Source of the DNA: Minisyncoccia bacterium
Lineage (GTDB): Bacteria; Patescibacteriota; Minisyncoccia; Phycocordibacterales; UBA9973
NCBI GenBank assembly: GCA_044229265.1
Contig: JBGATK010000005.1
Location: forward strand, 14,963 to 78,962
Length of the DNA stretch: 64,000 nt
Direction of reading: 5' to 3'
In this document: positions 56,111 to 64,000 of the stretch, piece after piece
Position numbering within the stretch: the first letter of the stretch is position 1
How the letters are laid out: the number at the start of each line of letters is the position of its first letter
Position numbers and translations under genes: made by a program
The notes under the pieces: generated by a model
What the model was told of the DNA's origin: nothing
Seen by the model: the letters and a program-made list of their open reading frames with translations, nothing else
Databases searched by the model: none

Positions 56111-56182
56111 GTCCTTGTAGTTAAATGGATATAACTTCCCCGTCCTAAGGGGACATTGCAGGTCCGATTCCTGCCAAGGACA
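56111..56182 (+). tRNA. tRNA-Arg(CCT)
   Basis: GTCCTTG/CAAGGAC acceptor; TCCCC-GTCCTAA-GGGGA anticodon arm; GCAGG-TCCGATT-CCTGC T arm. Confidence 0.9.
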
Positions 56183-56185
56183 CAA

Positions 56186-56419
56186 TTAGACTCCCAAAAG
56201 ACTCGATATTTTTTGTTTATCAAAACCTACGATTAAATCATTCTCTATAAGTATAACTGGCACGCCTAACTGGCCGGATTTTTCTACCATTTCTTTGCGT
56301 TTATCCATATCACTCGCTACATCGTGCTCGGTATAAGCTACATTGTTTTCTTTAAAGAACTCTTTCGCCATTTGGCAAAAATGACAACTAGGTGTGGAAT
56401 ATATTGTTACGTTTTTCAT
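56186..56419 (-). CDS. Glutaredoxin / NrdH-redoxin
   Basis: YSTPSCHFC, SGQLGVPVI, VGFD. Confidence 0.93.
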   Translation of the reverse strand: MKNVTIYSTPSCHFCQMAKEFFKENNVAYTEHDVASDMDKRKEMVEKSGQLGVPVILIENDLIVGFDKQKISSLLGV

Positions 56420-56481
56420 AAATTTTTATCTGCCCAAGGCAGTAATTAATTCTTAATAATACTATTATATCATATTTACCC

Positions 56482-56853
56482 TTACTTGAACCAGTTTTTT
56501 ATTTTTGTAATAAAGTTCTCTTTTTCTTGTGTAATTGGCACAAAGTTTGGATCTTCTACTACTACTATGAGCTGTTCACCCTCTTTTACAAGCCCATATT
56601 TTTCACGAATACTAGCTTCAATGCCTTTTTCGTTACTCAACTTTTCTATATCCGATTTTAATTTAAGTTCATTTTCTTTTAATTCTAAAACTCGATTTTC
56701 AGCAATGTCTAATTTTTTTTGAGTTTCATTCCTTTTTTCCCAAAAATTAAGCATATTCCAAAAGAAAAACATAAGTAATACAAAAAATAAAATTAAAGCC
56801 GGCTTGGATTCTAGTATTTTTACAAAACTTGGTTTTTCTTGAAAATTCTTCAT
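56482..56853 (-). CDS. Septum formation initiator (FtsB/DivIC-like)
   Basis: TM plus coiled coil, IE..IREKYGLVKEGE. Confidence 0.85.
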   Translation of the reverse strand: MKNFQEKPSFVKILESKPALILFFVLLMFFFWNMLNFWEKRNETQKKLDIAENRVLELKENELKLKSDIEKLSNEKGIEASIREKYGLVKEGEQLIVVVEDPNFVPITQEKENFITKIKNWFK

Positions 56854-56873
56854 ATTTTTGTTATTATAATTAT

Positions 56874-56984
56874 ATGCTTTTTAATAGAAAACATCAAAAA
56901 AAGGTTCAATTTATATTTGCCACCATAAGCTTACTCGTAATTGTGAGTATGATTTTGCTTTATTTCCCTTCCCTTTGGAGATAA
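56874..56984 (+). CDS. Small single-TM protein (36 aa)
   Basis: Manual translation MLFNRKHQKKVQFIFATISLLVIVSMILLYFPSLWR; fills the gap and has a -10 box 6 nt upstream. Confidence 0.6.
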   Translation: MLFNRKHQKKVQFIFATISLLVIVSMILLYFPSLWR

Positions 56985-56985
56985 A

Positions 56986-58809
56986 TTATTTATCACTACC
57001 TCGAATCATTTTCAAGAAAACTTCCTGAGGGATGTTTATTTTTCCCATACCTCTTTCTTTCATTCGGGCTTTGCCTCTTTTTTGTTTTTCAAGTAATTTT
57101 TTCTTACGGGAGACATCACCTCCACCCACAACTTTGGATCCATGCATAAGAACGTCTTTACGAAAAGATGACACTGATTCCGAAGCTATAATGCGCCCCA
57201 ATGCCTTGGCTTGAATTTTGAAAGCAAATTGTTGGCGTGGCATAACTTTTTGCAAATTCTCAACCTGAGTGCGAGCTTCTTCTTCGAGTCTTCGACGAGA
57301 TACCACTCTGCAAAAAGCTGCCACAGGCTCATCAGCTACGAGTATATCCATACGTATTACATCAGCTTCTTTATATTCAGTCATTTCATAAGATATAGAA
57401 CCATAACCAGAAGTAATGCTTTTTAGGTCATCAAAAAAATTCCGCATTAGTTCACGCAGTGGCATTTCTAATTTTATAGCACTACGATTATCTCCAAAAT
57501 TTTCAGCACCGAAAACATTTGCCTCATGATCAAACAAAAATGGCATAAGCACACTAGAATAATTTGCTGGTGCAATAATTTTAACATTTACCCAAGGTTC
57601 ATAAACTTTTATTATTTGACCATCTTCTGGAAATAAATGCGGGGAATAAACTATTTCTTCTTTATTATTTTTTAAAAGAATTTTGTATGTAATAGAAGGC
57701 ATCGTAACAACAAGATTAAGATCGAATTCTCTGCGCAAACGCTCGGTAATAATTTCAAGATGAAGCATTCCTAAAAATCCACATCTAAATCCTTTACCAA
57801 GTGTACCTGAAGATTCTTCTTCAAAAGAAAAAGCAGAGTCAGATAATCTAAGTCGCCCGAGAGCGAGTTTTAATTCTGGAAAATCATCTGCATCTTCTGG
57901 GTAAATCGAAGCCCAAACTACTGGTTTTGGATTCATATATCCCGGTAGTGGCATACTTGGTTTTCTAGCAAGAGTTATTGTATCACCCACTGAAGCCACA
58001 CCTGAACGCTTGATACCTGTTACTATATAGCCTATCTCTCCTGCAGTTATAGATCCTGTGCTATGCTCGCCTGGGGCAAAATAACCTACTTCTAATGATA
58101 TAAATTTTTCACCAGCTACAGCGAAATACAAACTATCACCTTTTTTTACAGCTCCATCAAAAACACGAACATAAACAATAACTCCTCGATGTGAATCGTA
58201 TTTAAAATCAAAAACCAAAGCTTTTGCCGTATCTGCATTTTCTAAGTGCTCACTTTTTGGCGGTGGAATTCTTTTTATGATTTCCGAAAGTAAATTTTCT
58301 ACACCAAAACCTGTTTTACCGGAAACTTCCATAATAGAATCAGGGTCGATATCAAGCAAAATAGCTACTTCCATTTTTACTTCATCAATACGCGCTAGTG
58401 GTGAATCGACTTTTGAAAGAACAGGAATAATAACCAGGCCCGATTCACGTGCTAATTCAAGAGTAGTCAAAGTCTGGGCCTGCACACCCTGAGTAGAATC
58501 TACGAGAAGTATTGAACCTTCTACCGCTTTTAGTGCCCGTGAGACTTCATAAGAGAAGTCTATATGCCCCGGAGTATCTATCAAATTCATTTGATAGTCT
58601 TTATCTTCATAATTAAAATTCATGCGCACTGGTTGCATTTTGATAGTAATACCTCGCTCACGCTCTAGATCCATAGAGTCTAATACTTGCTCGCGCATTT
58701 TACGCGCCTCAATAGTGTGGGTTATTTCGAGCATTCGATCAGCTAATGTGGATTTACCATGATCAATGTGTGCAATAATTGAAAAATTTCGAATATTTTC
58801 TAATTTCAT
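56986..58809 (-). CDS. lepA: Elongation factor 4
   Basis: IRNFSIIAHIDHGKSTLADR, DTPGH, GFRCGFLGMLH, RKKKLLEKQK. Confidence 0.98.
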   Translation of the reverse strand: MKLENIRNFSIIAHIDHGKSTLADRMLEITHTIEARKMREQVLDSMDLERERGITIKMQPVRMNFNYEDKDYQMNLIDTPGHIDFSYEVSRALKAVEGSILLVDSTQGVQAQTLTTLELARESGLVIIPVLSKVDSPLARIDEVKMEVAILLDIDPDSIMEVSGKTGFGVENLLSEIIKRIPPPKSEHLENADTAKALVFDFKYDSHRGVIVYVRVFDGAVKKGDSLYFAVAGEKFISLEVGYFAPGEHSTGSITAGEIGYIVTGIKRSGVASVGDTITLARKPSMPLPGYMNPKPVVWASIYPEDADDFPELKLALGRLRLSDSAFSFEEESSGTLGKGFRCGFLGMLHLEIITERLRREFDLNLVVTMPSITYKILLKNNKEEIVYSPHLFPEDGQIIKVYEPWVNVKIIAPANYSSVLMPFLFDHEANVFGAENFGDNRSAIKLEMPLRELMRNFFDDLKSITSGYGSISYEMTEYKEADVIRMDILVADEPVAAFCRVVSRRRLEEEARTQVENLQKVMPRQQFAFKIQAKALGRIIASESVSSFRKDVLMHGSKVVGGGDVSRKKKLLEKQKRGKARMKERGMGKINIPQEVFLKMIRGSDK

Positions 58810-58875
58810 AAATATTTCTACATACTAACAGAAAAAGGAGAAAAATGAAATAAATAAAAATTGAAAGGCATATTT

Positions 58876-60555
58876 TTAGACAGTATCTTCGCTTGGAGGC
58901 AATACTCCATTTCGCCAGAATTTAGTTTTAAAAGTTTTAAGTAATTCTAAAAATTCTTCATTTTTCAAAAAAAATAAAATTACAGCACAAGTAATTATAC
59001 CTATAATTCCTGACAAAAAGCCTTGCAAGAATATTCCAAAAAAAGTATTCAAATTAAAAACCGAAGAAAATGCATTGAGTGCTAAGTACGCAGAGAATCC
59101 CAAGAAAAAAGAAGCGGACAAACTTTGGAAAAAACTTTTAAATATAAAAGGCTCCTTATGAATAAAATCTTTTTTAATATAAATCCAAAGAAAAATAAAA
59201 TTCATAATTGTGCCGAGTGAATACGCAAGTGGGAGCATTAATACTTCGGTTCCAGAAATATCTGAAACCTTAAATAAAGATTCAATAAAATACCGAAAAC
59301 CATCGAAAGTTTTAAATATATTTATAAAGATATATGCGAAAACGATTATCGATAATGAAGAAAATAAATTTATATAGAGTGGCGTCTTTGTATTACCTCC
59401 AGCATAATAAGCTCTAGCAAAAAGAGAGATAAGGCATTGAGCTACTATAGATATTGAAAACATAGCGAGTGATGCCGCCACGAGCCGTGTATTATCCCAA
59501 GAGAAACCAGATGATCCTAATATAACACGGACTATCTGAGCTCGAAGCACAATAAATAAAAATGCTATCGGCAAAGACCAGAAAATGATCTGCCTAGAAG
59601 CTCCAATCAAATTATTTTTAAATTCAGCTAAATTGCCATCTTTATACGAACGAGAAAGCGATGGAAAAGCTGCTGCTGCATAGGAAATACCAATAACTCC
59701 AAGTGGCACGGATTGAATATTAATAGAAAAGGTAAAAATCGAAATTGAGCCACTTTGCAAAAAAGAAGCAAAAGAAACAATTACAATAAGAGCTATATTA
59801 TTAAGTGAAAGTCCGAGAGTCCGAGGAAGCGATACTATTATAACACTACGCACTTGCTCCCAATTTATTTTTGTCCTAATTTTAAAAGTAAAATGTGCAA
59901 ATTTAACTGAGAAAAACTGTATACAGAAATGCATAATAGCACCTAAAACTACGCCGATAGCAACTCCATAAATACCCCATAAAGGGTATAAAAATACTAC
60001 ACCTATGATTATACCTAGATTATAAAATATTGGACTAAGTGCATAAATAAAAAATCTCTTGAACATTTGAGTTAATGTTCCAAGTAAATTTGAAAGTCCG
60101 AGGAGTATTGGAGAGAGAAGCATTATACGAGAAAGTTCTACAACTTTATCTTGCATTTCAATTTCAAAACCAGGAACTAAAACTTTAACAATAATTGGCA
60201 TTAAGAAAAAAATAATTACAGAAACCCCGACTAAACCATACAAAAAAGCTGAGAAAATATTCTGCAAAAATGATTCTGCTTCACTGCTTAATTCATTGCC
60301 CTTCATTCTATTTAACAGAAATGGTATGAGGACTGTAATTGAAGCAAGAGATGCTATAGAAATAAAAACAAAATCAGGCACACGGAAAGCTGCATAATAA
60401 GTGTCGAGTGCAATAGAAGGCCCAATATAATGAGCTATTAACCTATCACGAAAAAGTCCAAGCACTTGTGAAAATAAGGTAAAAAAACCAAGCAGGAGCG
60501 CTGCTTGGTTTAAATTACCATATTCTTTGCCGAAAAATTTAAAAATTCGCTCCAT
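58876..60555 (-). CDS. murJ: Lipid II flippase MurJ
   Basis: LGLFRDRL, YYAAFRVPD, P.FYNLG, RAYYA..NTKTP. Confidence 0.93.
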   Translation of the reverse strand: MERIFKFFGKEYGNLNQAALLLGFFTLFSQVLGLFRDRLIAHYIGPSIALDTYYAAFRVPDFVFISIASLASITVLIPFLLNRMKGNELSSEAESFLQNIFSAFLYGLVGVSVIIFFLMPIIVKVLVPGFEIEMQDKVVELSRIMLLSPILLGLSNLLGTLTQMFKRFFIYALSPIFYNLGIIIGVVFLYPLWGIYGVAIGVVLGAIMHFCIQFFSVKFAHFTFKIRTKINWEQVRSVIIVSLPRTLGLSLNNIALIVIVSFASFLQSGSISIFTFSINIQSVPLGVIGISYAAAAFPSLSRSYKDGNLAEFKNNLIGASRQIIFWSLPIAFLFIVLRAQIVRVILGSSGFSWDNTRLVAASLAMFSISIVAQCLISLFARAYYAGGNTKTPLYINLFSSLSIIVFAYIFINIFKTFDGFRYFIESLFKVSDISGTEVLMLPLAYSLGTIMNFIFLWIYIKKDFIHKEPFIFKSFFQSLSASFFLGFSAYLALNAFSSVFNLNTFFGIFLQGFLSGIIGIITCAVILFFLKNEEFLELLKTFKTKFWRNGVLPPSEDTV

Positions 60556-60560
60556 TTATA

Positions 60561-62633
60561 CTAATTGTTTTTATTATCATCTTTCTTGTCTTCTACCTCA
60601 ATTATTTTTGCTGATTTAAAACTAGCTACGTAATCTATGAGGTCTTGATTATTTGGAAGTATTCGAAGAGCTTGCTCGGCATATTTTAATGCTTCATCTC
60701 TTTGACCTTCACGCTTTGCAATTTGTGAAAGAAAAATCAAAGCATCGACATAATCCCCTTTTAGCGACAATGCTTTTGAAGCAGAAGTTTTTGCTTCTTT
60801 TAGTTTATTGTCAGATAAATATACTTGTGATTTATTTAATTCTAGGCCTGGATTTAGAGGATTGAGTGCTATTGCTTTATCTAAAGCTTTTATTGCTTCA
60901 TCTACCGCGCCTTCTACGCCAAGCGGAGCTACGGTCGAATACACAGTAGCGAGCGAACGGTGATTGATATAATTACTTGAATCATAATTCACTGCTGCTC
61001 TGCTAGCTGTTTGTGCTTTATTGAAACTATCTAGTATATCTTTTTTATCTTGTTCAGATAATTCAGATTTTGAGGCCAAAGAATTTAATTTGATTAAATA
61101 AACTTGAGAAAAAGTACGCAAATATAAATCATTTGGATAAAGTGATACAGCTTTATTGATAGAACTTTCAGCTTTTTGAATTTCCTTCGCAGAAAGAGCA
61201 TTTCTAAAATACGATACTGAAGCAAATTTTTCTACATATTTAAATGTAGCACCAGCAGAAATTACCATAAATAAGATGAGAGCCAAAATCGCAAAGAAAC
61301 TTTTTCTAGGATCTCCTAAAAAGGAAATATGAAGCTCACCTTTTTCTTTATGCATATATACCAAACCTATAGCAATGCCTAGATAAGCAAATATAAGCAA
61401 AAATATAGAATTACTTACTGAATAAAAAAGACTATAAACCAAAAGCATTGCGGAAGAAAATACAAAAAAAGGAATTTCCCATTTTATATTTTCTTTATGT
61501 GCAGAAAATAAAACTTTAAACATAAAAAATAAAAACAATCCTATGAATAAAGTCCAAGCGAGTGTTCCTAATATTCCCGTAGTAAGTGCCATAGTTGGCA
61601 ATAATCCTGAGCCTACACTAAAAGATGTATCCCAAAATTGAGTTCCATTTATATTTTGTGGCTTATATAAAGCCCAGATTTCTGTAAATTTATTTGGACC
61701 AATACCAAAAAGTGGATCTTTCGCTAGTGAAGCTTTGCTTACTGAAAAAGTCGCACCAAATGAAGGTCCTACTTCTATACTACTAATACCTAGACTATTC
61801 GGTAAATAAGAACCTATGAATTGTCCTGACATAAAAAATAACAGTGCAATCATGACTAATCCAAAAGAGTATGCCGGAAATGCAAATTTATGATTTTCTT
61901 GTTCTTTCTTGTTAAAAATAGAAACTTTGTATACGAATACAAGCAAAGCAAAAATTCCAATTACTTGCCAAGAAAGTGGAAAATTCACTGCCATGACAAA
62001 AAACAAAGACAATACTGCCATGACTGTAACAATTATTTTGCCACGCTTTTTTAAATTAAAAAATTCTAAAATCAACACAGCTCCTAAAAGAGACAATGAT
62101 GCCATGATTCCGAGAGAATTCCATGAACCAAAAATGTTATCTGTTTTTGATTCTAATGCACCGAAAGAAAATACAGATGGGGATATCATGCGTAAAATTT
62201 GAAACAAAAATACAATAGTAAAAGCAAGCATAGAACCAAACATTACTTGTTTAGCTTTACTAGCATCTTTAAATAAAATAGATGACATTAAGAGTAGTAA
62301 AAAGGCCACCAATACAAAAAGTGCTGTGCCTGTATCAAACATAACTCCGAAAAGTGAAGCCTTTATTGAGCTTGAAAAAAATGCCGATAGGAATGTAGCT
62401 ACTACTACAGCAAGGCCAGATAATAATATAGAGGCTTTAGCGACTACTATCTTACCATCAGCAAAACGTGCTCCCAAATACGCAATAATAGATACTGCGA
62501 GGCCGACAACCACCAAAAAACCTTTTCCTATTTCTACCGGTATATTGAATACTGGGAAAAAAAATAAAGGGAGTAATACTACTACAAGGAATAAAGACCA
62601 ATAAGAAATTCTATCTAAGATGTTTGACCACAT
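60561..62633 (-). CDS. Polytopic membrane protein (O-antigen ligase-like) with C-terminal TPR repeats
   Basis: About 12 TM segments, PLFGIGP..F, TTGILG, TPR-like KAIALNPLNP / ALRILPNN. Confidence 0.7.
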   Translation of the reverse strand: MWSNILDRISYWSLFLVVVLLPLFFFPVFNIPVEIGKGFLVVVGLAVSIIAYLGARFADGKIVVAKASILLSGLAVVVATFLSAFFSSSIKASLFGVMFDTGTALFVLVAFLLLLMSSILFKDASKAKQVMFGSMLAFTIVFLFQILRMISPSVFSFGALESKTDNIFGSWNSLGIMASLSLLGAVLILEFFNLKKRGKIIVTVMAVLSLFFVMAVNFPLSWQVIGIFALLVFVYKVSIFNKKEQENHKFAFPAYSFGLVMIALLFFMSGQFIGSYLPNSLGISSIEVGPSFGATFSVSKASLAKDPLFGIGPNKFTEIWALYKPQNINGTQFWDTSFSVGSGLLPTMALTTGILGTLAWTLFIGLFLFFMFKVLFSAHKENIKWEIPFFVFSSAMLLVYSLFYSVSNSIFLLIFAYLGIAIGLVYMHKEKGELHISFLGDPRKSFFAILALILFMVISAGATFKYVEKFASVSYFRNALSAKEIQKAESSINKAVSLYPNDLYLRTFSQVYLIKLNSLASKSELSEQDKKDILDSFNKAQTASRAAVNYDSSNYINHRSLATVYSTVAPLGVEGAVDEAIKALDKAIALNPLNPGLELNKSQVYLSDNKLKEAKTSASKALSLKGDYVDALIFLSQIAKREGQRDEALKYAEQALRILPNNQDLIDYVASFKSAKIIEVEDKKDDNKNN

Positions 62634-62711
62634 ATTTTATTTAAATTAATTAATATTAAAATTACATTACGCCTGATAACTTGTTCAATTATACTATAAA
62701 AACTAAGGATT

Positions 62712-64000
62712 TTAAATTACGATGTTAATAAGTCTGCCTTTTACATATATTACCTTTTTTATTTCTTGATCACTAAAGTATTTTTTAGCTTGCTCATTTT
62801 CTAGTGCTTTATTTTTTATTTCATCTTCACTCTCATCTGCTCCTACTAAAATTTCTCCTCTTACCTTTCCATTTACCTGAATAATAATTTTCACCTCTTC
62901 ATCTACTATCATACCCTCATCATACTTTGGCCAAGAAGATATGTGTATAGAATTTTCTTCTCCGAAACTATGCCAAAGTTCTTCGGCAACATGTGGCGCA
63001 AAAGGTGCGAGAATTTGTAAGAATTTTTTGAAATCTTCACTTGATATTTCTTCTATCTTTACTTCATTCATAAAAATCATCAGAGTAGATACTGCTGTAT
63101 TGAATTTAAAATTCTCTATATCTTCTGACACTTTCTTGATAGTTTTATGTAGAATTTTTTGCGAAGCAAAGTGTTCTTTATTTTCTATGGTGTGGGTCCC
63201 ACCCGGTACTCCGGGAAGGGTTAAGCCATGAAAATCAAGAACATTTTGTGCAGCCTTCCAAACTCTCTCTAAAAATCTATAAGTCCCCACCATGCCGTCC
63301 TCATTAAAAGGCACAGTATTTTCAAAAGGGCCAATAAACATTGTGTACAGACGAAATGCATCCGCGCCGAAACGCTCTACCATATCGTCTGGATTTATGA
63401 CATTGCCCCACCTTTTACTCATCTTCCTGCCATCTGGTGCAAGTATAAAACCGAGGAATTCAAGCCTTGGGAATGGCTCTTCTGTACTCACTACACCTAT
63501 ATCAAAAAGAAATTTATGCCAAAAGCGGGCATAAATGAGGTGCCTTGTAGCGTGATCGCCTCCTACATAAACATCCACAGGCATAAAAGCTTTTTCTTTA
63601 CCTAAATCCACGCAAGATAAATCATTTTTTGGATCAATGTATCTCAAATAATACCAAGAACTTCCTGCCCATTGTGGCATAGTATTCGTCTCACGTTTTG
63701 CATCACCGGCACACTTTGGACATTTTGTATTTACCCAATCAATGATATTTGCTAGCGGACTCTCGCCTGTACCAGAGGGCTCATAATTTTCTACTTCAGG
63801 AAGTTTGATCGGCAAATCTTTTATATCTACCGGTATAACTCCGCAACTATCGCAATGCACCATGGGTATCGGCTCACCCCAATACCTCTGACGAGAAAAT
63901 ACCCAATCTTTAATTTTATAATTTATTACTTTTTTACCATTTACTTTTTTTATTATTTCTTCTGTATCAACAAAATCTTTTTCTACTATTGGAATATTAT
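62712..64000 (-). CDS. leuS: Leucine--tRNA ligase, C-terminal part (runs off window end)
   Basis: DWVFSRQRYWGEPIP (manual extension), RETNTMPQWAGSSWY, KMSKR, QVNGKVRG. Confidence 0.97.
   Translation of the reverse strand, partial: NIPIVEKDFVDTEEIIKKVNGKKVINYKIKDWVFSRQRYWGEPIPMVHCDSCGVIPVDIKDLPIKLPEVENYEPSGTGESPLANIIDWVNTKCPKCAGDAKRETNTMPQWAGSSWYYLRYIDPKNDLSCVDLGKEKAFMPVDVYVGGDHATRHLIYARFWHKFLFDIGVVSTEEPFPRLEFLGFILAPDGRKMSKRWGNVINPDDMVERFGADAFRLYTMFIGPFENTVPFNEDGMVGTYRFLERVWKAAQNVLDFHGLTLPGVPGGTHTIENKEHFASQKILHKTIKKVSEDIENFKFNTAVSTLMIFMNEVKIEEISSEDFKKFLQILAPFAPHVAEELWHSFGEENSIHISSWPKYDEGMIVDEEVKIIIQVNGKVRGEILVGADESEDEIKNKALENEQAKKYFSDQEIKKVIYVKGRLINIVI
63166..63249. mobile_element. About 84-bp MITE-like palindromic element in frame in leuS
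   Basis: Arms CAAAGTGTTCTTTATTTTC / GAAAATCAAGAACATTTTG, internal CCCGG-tact-CCGGG hairpin; encodes QNVLDFHGLTLPGVPGGTHTIENKEHF. Confidence 0.75.

Noticed and set aside
57105-57165. LepA C-terminal variant VLMHGSKVVGGGDV
   Set aside because: Short non-palindromic variation; no evidence of a repeat insertion
200-63534. Numerous 60-155 aa ORFs antisense to or overlapping recognised genes
   Set aside because: They are shadow frames of well-supported genes, with no motifs or independent signals

Overview
AT-rich bacterial chromosome segment (translation table 11) with the gene content and compact protein forms typical of Patescibacteria/CPR; a Parcubacteria/Nomurabacteria-like assignment is inferred from gene style, not from a search. 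It is mostly housekeeping: ddl (partial), metK, dnaJ/grpE, the infA-rpmJ-rpsM-rpsK-rpsD-rpoA-rplQ-rplM-rpsI block, alaS, gatB, obgE, mraZ-rsmH-ftsL-ftsI-murF, lysS, greA, ftsA-ftsZ, tsaD, valS, lepA, murJ and leuS (partial). It also holds five tRNAs, a 1724-aa NHL-repeat surface protein and several orphan genes. Three patterns stand out. (1) There is a candidate tRNA-associated mobile system: two paralogous stand-alone GIY-YIG genes each lie between a CCCGAC..GTCGGG double-hairpin repeat and an immediately downstream tRNA. At one locus the tRNA 5' end is duplicated and interrupted by the repeat (apparent GC target duplication), and the nuclease stop codon lies inside the tRNA. A third repeat copy without a nuclease precedes tRNA-Arg. 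(2) Several unrelated palindromic/MITE-like elements sit in frame inside conserved genes (tsaD, leuS, gatB, rsmE, M24 peptidase, FAD oxidoreductase). (3) Many housekeeping genes have an extended -10 box 6-7 nt before the ATG with no Shine-Dalgarno sequence, suggesting pervasive leaderless expression. No CRISPR array, rRNA or transposase is visible.
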